NCBI GenBank assembly: GCA_002269645.1
Contig: NIVC01004969.1
Location: forward strand, 1 to 29,818
Length of the DNA stretch: 29,818 bases
From: Macrostomum lignano
Lineage: Eukaryota
Reading direction: 5' to 3'
Shown: piece after piece, positions 11,303 through 22,115 of the stretch
Layout: the number at the start of each line of letters is the position of its first letter
Numbering within the stretch: position 1 is the stretch's first letter
The notes under the pieces: model-generated
The model's input: the letters and a program-made list of their open reading frames with translations, nothing else
Told to the model about the DNA's origin: nothing
Databases searched by the model: none
Translations under genes and position numbers: made by a program

Positions 11303-11680
11303 AAGATTATAGATTTAAAATTTATAATAATATAAAAATTAAAATTTGGTCACATCTTAGTTTCATACATTGAATTTTTTGGCACCAAATTTTAAACAAG
11401 CTAAATAAAATGAGTTTACTAAAGTATATATTTGTATAGCTTTTAGCCCTTAGTAAGTAAAAGTATACTTAAAGTTTAAGTTTACATCTAAAGTTTATTA
11501 TAAAGTTTACATCTAAAGTTTATGTTTAAACTTAAGTTTAACTAAGCTTAAAGACTTGTACATCACTACATGTCTTAAGTATGCTTCAGCAAACTTGTTT
11601 TGGTTCATTTGTTTAAAATTTGGTGTCAAAATATTTTAATGCAGGAAACTAGGATGATGCCGAAATTTTTTTAAAATCCT
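11303..11680. mobile_element. Old fold-back or MITE-like element with long imperfect inverted arms
   Basis: 11341-11400 (AAAATTTGGTCACATCTTAGTTTC..GGCACCAAATTTTAAACAA) is a diverged reverse complement of about 11609-11670; similarity extends inward and outward. Confidence 0.5.
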
Positions 11681-12573
11681 AATCTTTGAAAAATTTCAAT
11701 ATTATAGACTATATTATATTAACTATATTCTAATATAATATTAAGTACTGAATAGTGTGGAATAGTGAATAGGCCTACTCGATACAGACATTCACAATAC
11801 ATTACAATAAAATTTATTTAATGTATTGAGGGCTAGCCTAGGGCTAGGCCAAGTTGTCAAAATATTGTGCATAACTCACAATCAAAGCTTAAAAATAATC
11901 TTTTAAAACTTTGAATTCGTAAACCCGAATATAATCCACAGCCACACTTATCCTAAAGGCCAAAAGCGGCAAAACACGGGAACCAAAAAACCCTGATCTT
12001 AGACTTAGTCTAGGCTAGGGCTGCGGCTAGCCCGGCTAGGCCTACTCAAGCCCAAAATTTGGGTTTTTAAATTGATTTAAACAAGTCTCTAATAAGGAGT
12101 TCAGCCCTAAGCATAATTTTTTACAGTAATTTAATCTACAATACTGAGTAATGATCGAGTGAGAATTGATAAATAATGTAATCAGCATGCCTACTCAACT
12201 AATTTAGATTTGACTGTCGAAAAATTAAATTAGTTTTCATTGGAAATAATAATTTTAAAATTCGCGCGCGGTAAAGTAAATATTGATGTACGTTAGTATT
12301 AAACCAAAAACTGTGCTTATTGTTGATATTTTTAATAATCTAGAATCTTTTGTCTTTAGTTTCATTTTCAAATCTTTGTTTAAAAGTATTTTTACACATT
12401 AAACCATGCAACACTATTTTAATCTTTTTTCGGAGAATAAGTCGGGAGAATTGTATGCTGCATGCATGTATGTGCATTGCGAGTGTGCGTGTGTGAGTGA
12501 GCAATGAATGAACCAAGGATCAGAATTTCATCTTTCTAAAACGTTTGATCGGAGGTTTCGGACATTAGCGCTT

Positions 12574-13071
12574 TTAGAATGCAGAAACTACATATAGCTG
12601 AAACGTTCTGGCCTCCGGCTTTCACACTCCTGATATGGTCTGCAGCCCCAGAGACAGAGTAGCGAAGATGTGACGAGCAGCTATAGGTCCTATAGTTATG
12701 AGAATATAGCAAGAGGATGAGTTGCATGATTTTGTTTGGATCTGAGACTGATCGATAGGTGGATCGATTGGGCCGACAAACAGTCAGTGCTGCAGCAGCG
12801 TATATTTGATGACTGCTGTCGTTTGCTCTTACACGTACGTGTATAGCTTAATTGGTGATGCAGAGGTCGGGTGACCCAAAAGTAAAAAGTGACAATTTTC
12901 AGCAATAAGAGCAATAAATGTGCCAGTCACTTCTGGGTTCACCATGCAGCTGTACATGGTAGATCCGGGGAGGCTGGTGCCCGGAGAGGGCTCACTGATA
13001 GTTACATGGTAGATGTACATATATTTTAACCTCCGCTTTTGCGGGTACGGAGGCGCCTGTTTGGCTTTCAT
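12574..13071 (-). pseudogene. 166-codon reading frame with three in-frame stops, unknown small protein
   Basis: One frame reads MKAK..YIYHVTISEP..TYV*EQTTAVIKYTLLQH*LFVGPID..YILITIGPIAARHIFATLSLGLQTISGV*KPEARTFQLYVVSAF*; stops at 12829, 12784 and 12622. Composition stays globular-like throughout. Confidence 0.55.
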
Positions 13072-14457
13072 AGAGAAGGGAAGGAGTCCGTGGCGGAGAG
13101 AGCATAGAGCTGGGGCGTGGTATACCGTACGTAGTCCAGATTAAGGTGGGGAAGAGGCCGATGACCGGGGGGCCGGGTGGGGGCGGTTGTTCGAGGGGCA
13201 GGCCGCGCCGCTGCCCTTAAATAGTTTCTATAGCAGCGGATTTATTATACAAAGCGTAGAATTTTCTGATTGGACGAGCCCGGGATGGCTAGCTCGACTC
13301 TGATTAGCTGAGCTCCAGACCCAAAAAATCCTGTATTAATTCACCGGGCGGTCTCTCAGATCCCAGCAGGGAACTTAGGAGTTGCGGTCATCATGTATAT
13401 CATAAAAAACTGGAAAAAGCTTCTACCAGACATCCTGTACCAAAAGTGAGAGCTAAACTTAACGCAATCATACATGTAGATCAAAATCGGCACAGGCCAG
13501 GTTGACCCTAGACGTAAATAACTTGACAAAAAATAAACCTAGCTGTAAGTTGAAGTACAGTGTCCTAGAAAGTAGTAAAATAGATCCCGGATTGAATAAA
13601 TAATAAAAACCAGGACTAGCCTACAAGGAGTAAAAGAAGAGATTGCAAAAATGCGTCCTCATCAATTGAATCAATATATAGGATGAATCCAACAGTATCA
13701 TTATTGCAATATGCATGTGGCTGCTTAACGCTCGTACAACAATTATCAAGTTAAATATTCGATTCGAGAGTATACATCAAAATTGTAGTTTGAACAAGGT
13801 TTTACTTGAAAATCGAGTTATTTACGTAAGACCCATACAAAAATAATAAAATTTTAATTTCTATTGTACTTATTAAGTCAAATAACTACTGCATGGAATA
13901 CCTTCTTGATGAACGGGATAGGATTTAAATTTACATTACATAATAATAATAGATTACACTTGCTCCATTGGCCAGATGTGCAACCGACAGCTCAGCCGCA
14001 GCTTTATAAGATAATTTACCGGTGTAAGAATCGATTTGTCAAGAATAGGTATATTCAATAAAAGTGCTTGTTAGGAGCCAGGGAGGGATAAAAAATGTCG
14101 GCGAACGGACACTACTAGAGTTGCTGAGCGGTATAAATATTGAATGCTTAAATTAAACTGTAGGTGAAAAGCAAAAACTTGCTTTAATAAGAATACTGCA
14201 GACGAGGAAAAGGTTAATGACATTTCATAAAACAATAAATGTAACAAGAATATAAGCAGAAGCTTACAAAAATATACAAACCATATTTTATATTTTTATA
14301 AATTTTAAAATAAACCAATTTTTAAAAATGGTTGCTATGACACAAATGCGTTGCCAGGCCTCCCTATTGGCTGGCACAAGTGCGATTTGAGCCTCTTGAG
14401 GCCTGAAGAGAGATTGTTGCCGAGAGTACACTCAGCCTCACTCCCTGACACAGCCCC

Positions 14458-14767
14458 CTCTGCACTCCCTGACCCACCTCATGGGCACAGTCACCTCTGC
14501 ACTCCCTGACCCACCTCATGGGCACAGTCACCTCTGCACTCCCTGACCCACCTCATGGGCACAGTCACCTCTGCACTCCCTGACCCACCTCATGGGCACA
14601 GTCACCTCTGCACTCCCTGACCCACCTCATGGGCACAGTCACCTCTGCACTCCTTGACCCACCTCATGGGCACAGTCACCTCTGCACTCCCTGACCCACC
14701 TCATGGGCACAGTCACCTCTGCACTCCCTGACCCACCTCATGGGCACAGTCACCTCTGCACTCCCTG
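14458..14767. repeat. 37-bp minisatellite (CTCTGCACTCCCTGACCCACCTCATGGGCACAGTCAC), about 8 copies
   Basis: Period 37, nearly invariant; lies about 20 nt past the stop at 14786 of the receptor gene. Confidence 0.95.
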
Positions 14768-14785
14768 AGCGCTGTACAAATTGGG

Positions 14786-17700
14786 TCACAACCGCTGACG
14801 AATTGCTTCTTCGTAGCTTGGTGGCGGAGTGGAGTCCACTTCTCGCTGCATTTGTGGAGGCAACAGCGGCTGCTGTGTCGATGGCGGCGGCGGCGGCGGC
14901 GGCTGCGGCAACGGCGATGGACGTGACTGCGAATGTGCAGCATCAATAGCAGCAGGAGCCAGATGTACAGCCACAGGCTCTTCGGTGTTTGAAGATCTGG
15001 GCATGGCAACGGAAGTTTGCTAGTTTTTCAGGTAGCTAGGCTACGCTTTGTTTATTTCCGTATTAAATTAGCCACATAGTTTATGCGAAATAATGGGATA
15101 AAAGGCGCTCGAGGATCTGGGAGGACAGTGATGAAACTTGAAGGATCTGGGAGGACAGTGATGAAACTCAGGGGATCTGGGAGGACAGTGATGAAACTTG
15201 AAGGATCTGGGAGGACAGTGATGAAACTCAGGGGATCTGGGAGGACAGTGATGAAACTCGGGGATCTGAGAGGAAAGTGATGAAACTCGGGGATCTGTGA
15301 GGAAAGTGATGAAACTCGGGGATCTGGGAGGACAGTGATGAAACTTGAAGGATCCGGGAGGACAGTGATGAAACTCGGGGATCTGGGAGGACAGTGATGA
15401 AACTCGGGGATCTGGGAGGACAGTGATGAAACTCGGGGATCTGGGAGGACAGTGATGAAACTTGAAGCATCTGGGAGGACATTGATGAAACTCGGGGATC
15501 CGGGAGGACAGTGATGAAACTTGAGGATCTGGGAGGACAGTGATGAAACTCGGGGATCTGGGAGGACAGTGATGAAACTCGGGGATCTGGGAGGACAGTG
15601 ATGAAACTTGAAGGATCCGGGAGGACAGTGATGAAACTCGGGGATCTGGGAGGACAGTGATGAAACTTGAAGGATCCGGGAGGACATTGATGAAACTCGG
15701 GGATCTGGGAGGACAGTGATGAAACTCGGGGATCTGGGAGGACAGTGATGAAACTTGAGGATCTGGGAGGACAGTGATGAAACTTGAGGATCTGGGAGGA
15801 CAGTGATGAAACTTGAGGATCTGGGAGGACAGTGATGAAACTCGGGGATGTGGGAGGACAGTGATGAAACTCGGGGATCTGGGAGGACATTGATGAAACT
15901 CGGGGATCTGGGAGGACAGTGATGAAACTCGGGGATCTGGGAGGACATTGATGAAACTCGGGGATCTTGGAGGACAGTGATGAAACTCGGGGATCTGGGA
16001 GGACAGTGATGAAACTCGGGGATCTGGGAGGACAGTGATGAAACTTGAAGGATCCGGGAGGACATTGATGAAACTCGGGGATCTGGGAGGACATTGATGA
16101 AACTCGGGGATCTGGGAGGACAGTGATGAAACTCGGGGATCTGGGAGGACAGTGATGAAACTTGAAGGATCCGGGAGGACAGTGATGAAACTCGGGGATC
16201 TGGGAGGACAGTGATGAAACTTGAAGGATCTGGGAGGACAGTGATGAAACTCGGGGATCTGGGAGGACAGTGATGAAACTTGAGGATCTGGGAGGACAGT
16301 GATGAAACTTGAGGATCTGGGAGGACAGTGATGAAACTCGGGGATGTGGGAGGACAATGATGAAACTCGGGGATCTGGGAGACTGCAGGCGGTGAAACTC
16401 GGGCTCAGTGATCATCTAAGATGACTAACCTGGAAATGCAGCAGCATCTCCGAGCGTAATAGAAAAAGAACACGATAGCCAGGATGAAGATGACCAGGGT
16501 GACTATCAGAGCTCGATGACCGTCATTTCCGCTGCTATTCAAGTCAGGCGGCGTGTATTTCGGATACTCTGGAGCCGCAGGCTGCCTTGGTGTATCGTAG
16601 CACTTTGAACAAGTGCTAAACTCCATTGACAAGCCGAAACATGGATAATTTATGTAAGAAAATGCCAAGCCTATGTCAGTAGATGCGGTCCTTTTCGACT
16701 TCCACACTGTGCCATTGCTGCACACGCAATCTCTGAAGCGAGCTCGAGGCATCATGGATTCTTTCAATGAGCAGTCGCAGCTGGTCCACGAGCTCAAGAC
16801 ACACCATCTGCACCTGTTCGGCTGTCTGCTGTCGGATTCCATCTTTGTTAAACGCCATCGATGCTCAGATATTGCGCCAGCTGAGCAACTGCCTGGTTGG
16901 CCAGGGCAGCTGCACTGACGATTGCGCGTTGACAGAAACACGCCTGCGAAAGAAAAGTGGCGAGTTGAAATTTCTCTATCGATTGAACGGGATCTCTATA
17001 GCTGGCGCCCCCCCCCCCCTTTGTAGCTGGCGCTCCCTGTGTAGCTGGCGCCCCCCCCCCTGTGTAGCTGGCGCCCCCCCTTTGTAGCTGGCGCTCCCCT
17101 CTATAGCTGGCGCCCCCTCTGTAGCTGGCGCCGCCCCTGTGTAGCTGGCGCTCCCTGTGTAGCTGGCGCACCCCCCCCTCTGTAGCTGGCGCCCCCTCCC
17201 CCTTTGTAGCTGGCGCTCCCTGTGTAGCTGGCGCCCCCCTTTGTAGCTGGCGCCCCGTAGCGCCCCCTGTAGCTGACGCCCCCTCTGTAGCTGGCGCCCC
17301 TTTGTAGCTGGCGCCCCCCCTTTGTAGCTGGCGCTCCCTGTGTAGCTGGCGCCCCCCTCTGTAGCTGGCGCCCCCTTTGTAGCTGGCGCCCCCCTCTGTA
17401 GCTGGCGCCCCCCTCTATAGCTGGCGCCCCCCTCTGTAGCTAGCGCCCCCTCTGTAGCTGGCGCCCCTTCTGTCGGTAGCGCTCCCTGTAGTTGGCGCCC
17501 TCTCTATAGCTGGCGCTCTCTTTATAGTAAAACCCATTACTCGGAAAAGACATCCATAGCGCGCAAGAAAACCTCCAACGGGCAATTTCGGCGGCAGAGG
17601 CAATTCTTGTAGACAAGCTGTTGGATTGACTGACTGCTAGCTTGAATGGATGGCCATTGAGTTATTCAAGCTCTAATTTATAACCGTTGGTTGCTAGAAA

Positions 17701-18205
17701 AGAGTTTAGGCAAAATATTATTTTCAAAAAATTCCAAATTTAACGAACCTTTCGCATCGCTAGGAATGTCCTGTAAGTCAGCCTCGTGATGCGGCGTTGC
17801 CCGCTTCGGCACCTGGTCCCTGCACGCAAAGGACCATTCGCTCCAGAAATTCCAAGGGCACCAGTTGGCCACAGGGTGCAATGCCTGGTCATAGACGGGT
17901 TCTCTGCTGCACTGGTGCAGGAATCTGTCAATGCCGACGAGATGTTTTTTATAAACGCATGGACACTCGATGCCCATTGATTTTTGCTCTGCAGCGCTGA
18001 GTACTATTTCATCAGACTGACTGTCCTTGTCATCGTTGCACCGGACAGCTCTGCTCAGCTTGCAGTGGCTAATGTTCTCATAACTTAACCTATAATAGCT
18101 TGGACAGACGCAGCGCCATGGACCCTGCTCACAGTTGACATTGCCAGTGTTAATTGTCTCCAACTGCGGTGACATAGACACCAGAAGCAGATATGATAGA
18201 AGCAT
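14786..18205 (-). CDS. Single-pass membrane protein (about 370 aa): Cys-rich ectodomain with TSP1-like repeats, TM, Cys cluster, PPxY tail; exons 17813-18205, 16430-16943, 14786-14996
   Basis: With one +1 correction near 17830 the joined exons read WNFWSEWS(L)CVQGPGVFLSTRNRQCSC..CRWCVLSSWTSCDC..RARFRDCVC; TM ALIVTLVIFILAIVFFFYY, then ARRCCC and PPPSYEEAI. Introns G|GT..tttctttcgcAG (phase 1) and AG|GTTAGT..gcccAG (phase 2). 5' end uncertain: possible acceptor at 18164. Confidence 0.7.
15110..16410. repeat. 29-30-bp intronic minisatellite (GAGGACAGTGATGAAACTCGGGGATCTGG and ..CTTGAAG.. variants), about 44 copies
   Basis: Read directly; source of the FHHCPP/ITVLPD ORFs. Confidence 0.95.
16995..17520. 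repeat. C-rich 17-22-bp minisatellite with core TGTAGCTGGCGCCCCCC
   Basis: Invariant core with variable C-run; lies in the receptor gene intron. Confidence 0.92.
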
Positions 18206-18362
18206 ATGTGGGGCTCTGTAACACGGTGTTGAATGGCTTTTTGTCAGGATGATAAAACACTTCGGCTAATTTTTATGGAATTTTGCAACTTACTCTATGA
18301 TAAAAGTCTCATATACGCTTCTATGGTACTGGTAAAAACTAAGTTTCTAACACATAATCAAC

Positions 18363-18881
18363 ATTGCTTTTGTCAGCCTGGTTGATAGTTACGGCAACCA
18401 ATTGTATCGCCTATGTCTCATTGATCGGGTATTGGCTAGAGTTATTTAATGCACCAGAAATATATTGTGATTACAATCCTGATCCAATAATCGATGAATG
18501 CTCAAATGTCTATGGCAGCGCTCATTTGGCCATAGATATTTAAGCAACCCACTCACATTTAGGCATTTAGGTCTTGTCCATCTTTAGGCATTGTCTTGTC
18601 CATAGTCTTGTCCACGGTCTTGTCCATAAGCATAGACAGAAAAAAGGTAAGCGAGTTGATGATTCGGCCATAGACATCAGCACAAAGGATTCTCTCTCTT
18701 TTTCAGTTTTCCAAACTGTTATTGAATTTTTTGAGCTCAAAATCGAACTCCATTAAGTAAAGATCAGAATTATCAACTTGGGTGCTTTTTATCAACAACC
18801 TGCTTGCCTTTTTGATTTCAAATTGATTTCAAATTTTCAAATTGCTTAAGAGTAACTATCAACTTGCCTGACAAAAGCAAT
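18363..18881. mobile_element. Putative MITE (about 520 bp) bounded by 30-bp inverted repeats
   Basis: 18363-18392 ATTGCTTTTGTCAGCCTGGTTGATAGTTAC versus reverse complement of 18852-18881 ATTGCTTTTGTCAGGCAAGTTGATAGTTAC (27/30). No TSD identified. Confidence 0.5.
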
Positions 18882-19213
18882 ATCAATTATCAATAAAAGC
18901 TAATGATGACAAAAGAATAAATGAAAGGAGAACGTAACGAGAACACATTTATGCAAGTTTCAGCATGTAGTTCGTACCATGAAGCTTAGTTCATTGATAA
19001 TAAAAGCGCTGTATGGTCAGATAAAAGTTATAAACAGATGTGTAAAAAAAAATAAAGACTGTATCTAACACTGTTAAAAATTGGCTAATACTAATGGCTT
19101 AGGTTGCTTAATTACATTAAGACTGGGATGGTAATCGCATTAATATAGAACAAGACATCGGAATACATGTAAATCGAGACTCGTACTTAAGACCTTTGGC
19201 GAAGTCTCGAACG

Positions 19214-19400
19214 TTAGGTCACCAGTTTTATGGCCTCTTCGTAAGAAGGTGGCGGAGGATTCAACGAGCTGTCGTCAGCAATGCGAGGCGGGGCAGCAGA
19301 CGGGGTACCACGGCCTGCTGGCGGAGGCAAGGAACATGATTGCAAGAGCTCTTGTTCTTGCTGCTGCTGCTGCTGCTCCCTCTGGCGCTGCTGTTGTTGA
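19214..19400 (-). CDS. Orphan terminal exon: Gln-rich, ends PPPPSYEEAIKLVT*; probable paralog of the 14786-14996 exon
   Basis: tttcttgcAG acceptor at 19402-19401 in phase 2, the same phase as the receptor's last intron; shared DS..PPPSYEEAI motif. Confidence 0.6.
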
Positions 19401-19659
19401 CTGCAAGAAAGTTTTAAATTATGTCCATAAATTTCATATCTCTGATGTACCACTGAGCACATACTAAATGTCTAAATATGTTTAAGTAAAACCAAGAAAT
19501 TCTTCTAAGAAAGAAGTGCTTTGACAATGAGCTGAGTTGACTGAACCGAAATAAGATGTACATGTAATGGACACGCAGAAAGATCAAAAGGTCTGAGCCG
19601 AGTAAATCCCAGCGCAGTAGAATGCATGAGGGGGCTTCTGGGACAAAATTTTCACCTCC

Positions 19660-19948
19660 TCCATAATCCACCTAAATCCATCCATATTATCCCTGACAGA
19701 ATAAGAAAAAAAGGGGGTCGCACCTGCTCACAAAACATCGTCCATAATCCCATTAAATCCATCCATATTATCCCTGACAGAATCAGAAAAAAAGGGGGTC
19801 GCACTCGCTAACAAAACGTCCTCCATAATTCCATTAAATCCATCTATATTATCCCCGACAGAATCAGAAAAAAGGGGGTCGCACTCGCTCACAAAACGTC
19901 CTCCATAATCCCATTAAATCCATCCATATTATCCCTGACAGAATCAGA
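19660..19948. repeat. 80-81-bp tandem repeat, about 3.6 copies (TCCATAATCCCATTAAATCCATCCATATTATCCCTGACAGAATCAGAAAAAAAGGGGGTCGCAC...)
   Basis: Units start near 19660, 19741, 19822 and 19902. Confidence 0.9.
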
Positions 19949-20347
19949 GCATAACAGGTGTCCTACTTGTTCCGAAAACTTCAAACATAATCCCATTATA
20001 ATCCACTGACATCCACCCATAGCATCTCTAAAACAATCAGAAAATAATCTGCATTCTTCTCCCCACATTCAATCCGCAACGTGCTACCAGATCCCTAAGA
20101 CTTTAAATTATCAGCGCAGGGTGCTCATCCTCCGAAAAAAATCGAAATTCTCAATAAAAATGCTTCCAGTTGTCTCCCGAGGTTCTTATTATAGTAACTC
20201 ACGCTGAACAGTTCTGCCAAGCTTGTTAATGTCTAATAAGATCTATTAATACACAATGCTCTTACATCTAAAATCAACGCTTGCAACTATTTATCTAAGG
20301 GAAAATGTAAAACTACCCTCTAGGGCACCAGCTACAGAGCCAGCTAA

Positions 20348-20462
20348 AAATGTTCCTCAGCCGAACAAATGTTCTGTCGCCGAACAAATGTTCCTCAGCC
20401 GAACAAATGTTCCTCAGCCGAACATTTGTTCCTCAGCCCAACAAATGTTCCGCCGCCGAACA
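20348..20462. repeat. 19-bp repeat, about 6 copies, each with a dyad GAACA-NN-TGTTC
   Basis: GCCGAACAAATGTTCCTCA unit; one copy has the spacer TT instead of AA. Confidence 0.85.
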
Positions 20463-20880
20463 TGTACAGAGCAAATATCTCTTCCCCCCATGCAAAAGCT
20501 TTATGCCCTTACTAACTCAGAGTACGCAGGCCCCGTATACAGAGAGAACCTCTCTTCCTATACACAAGCTTCTCCTCACCGTGAGCATTTATTTCTACAT
20601 AGCAAGTTCTCTCTCTTTCCACTTCTCTACCTACAGTCAATCCCGCAGCACGTATGGGTATGCTACGTATGGCATACGTATGGCCAACCAAAACCATACC
20701 CCCGATCCTCCATTGTCCCTCGTCCCACAGCTCTTCTCAGTCTACTCAATTCTCTCCCCTTATCCCCAAAGCCAAGTCGTCTCGCCGCTATCAGGCGGAC
20801 ACCCTCCCCCCCCCAAAGTCTGTCGGGTAAGGAAGAAAGCTTATTTATACAACTACTTTTGAAGAGTTACTCGGTTAAAA

Positions 20881-21647
20881 ATGTCTGACTTGTCTGTCAC
20901 ACCAGATCTATCTCTCTTCTCTAAAATTTTACAGCTAAATCAGTTAGCAAAAGATAACAATAAACACGAACTACTCTTATCTGAAGATGATTTAATTCAT
21001 TTAAAAGTTACATTAGATTGCCCCTTAGTACCTAGTTGTGGCAATTTAGAAGATCGATCAAAAAAATTAAATGAAGAGCGCATGGATGTAGATGAGGATC
21101 AAGATCAACCAGCAAGAAAGAAAGTAAAAGTAAAGAAGCAAAAACTACGGCCAACTGGTGAGACGCTTCATCAATATCTTTGCGCAAAAGTATTTGAATT
21201 TGAAGGGGTCGATGAATTTAATCACCCCTATTCTATTGTTGATACGAATATGCCGTTATCTGTAGAAGAACAACTAAAGACGGCAGTCACAAGTTTAAAA
21301 AGATGTAATAATCGTATGCTCATTGCCACATACATCTGTGGTGTATGGCTTAACCACAACGCAGCGAAACATAGAATAGAACATCCTGAAGAAACTGTTA
21401 AATGTAAAAGTTGTGATGATCAGGTTTTGGAGTTTTTGCAACGACATGAGATAACATATTCTAAAAGCACTATTAGAAAAATGTTGTCTCTTAGTAAAAC
21501 ATTACATGATTATCCTCGTTTTTTAAGCTAAATATAACATTTGAGGAACTTTACACCTTAAAAAATGATATTGAAGACATGTTAATGTGTTCAAATAAAT
21601 ATAAAACCTATTGGAGCATGGGTGTTATTCAAATAAAAAAAGAATAG
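20881..21647 (+). CDS. Element-borne hypothetical protein (about 255 aa after a +1 correction at about 21529)
   Basis: 216-aa ORF continues in the shifted frame as (L)NITFEELYTLKNDIEDML..YW..KKE*. Basic NLS-like RKKVKVKKQK and HxxxH..CxxC. Confidence 0.55.
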
Positions 21648-21718
21648 TAAATAAAAATAGTAAAAATGGTAAATAAATATAACTTTTCTTTTCTTTATCT
21701 TCTTAATAATAAGAAGAT

Positions 21719-21830
21719 AATTCTCATCTTCTCTAAATCTTCTTCTTCTTCTTCTTCTCCTCCTCTCTTCTCTTCTCTTCTTCTCTTCTCTTCTCTTCTT
21801 CTCTAAATCTTCTCTTTCTTGTTTCAGACA
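21719..21830. repeat. Pyrimidine-rich (TCT)n/(TTCTC)n microsatellite
   Basis: Seen directly, between convergent ORFs. Confidence 0.8.
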
Positions 21831-22115
21831 AGTTAATTTTTTTCCATCTTTAAAAGGAAAAAGAAAGTAAGGAGATTGCTAATATCAAATTACTTTTTTT
21901 CTTCTTTTAAAGATGCGCGGGCTGTAGCAGCGGCCTTCGAGTGGCAGCCTGTGTGAGTACCAAATTTGGGAAACTAACTGCTGCTCAAAAGTATATCATG
22001 TCATCCATTTATTTTTCTTTTGCTGTTATTTTCTTAAAAAGTTTCTCTTGAATTTTCTTGCTTGAATCATTCTGCTCTCTCAACCCCCAGCTCTTTCAGC
22101 AGTATTCCTAATTTT

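Noticed and set aside
12574-12831. Selenocysteine or stop-codon reassignment for the TGA/TAA codons
   Set aside because: Mixed TAA and TGA, no SECIS recognised, and neighbouring genes use standard stops; pseudogenisation is simpler.
14713-15009. Alternative-frame ORF with a hydrophobic and Arg-rich stretch
   Set aside because: The overlapping frame with PPPSYEEAI has a phase-compatible acceptor and a paralogous motif at 19214-19400.
1-17520. CRISPR-like appearance of 24-37-bp repeats
   Set aside because: Units are head-to-tail with no unique spacers, there are no cas genes, and the context is eukaryotic.
15052-17603. Long FHHCPP/ITVLPD and GGASYR ORFs
   Set aside because: Same artefact, from the 29-30-bp and about 19-bp arrays.
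19600-19660. AGTAG at about 19616 as the Maverick terminus
   Set aside because: Not an extended AG-type repeat, and no TSD or opposite end is available to confirm it.
20256-20888. ORFs 20256-20888 and 20350-20862
   Set aside because: Overlapping frames across the 19-bp repeats and C/T-rich sequence with no recognisable domain; probably non-coding terminal region.
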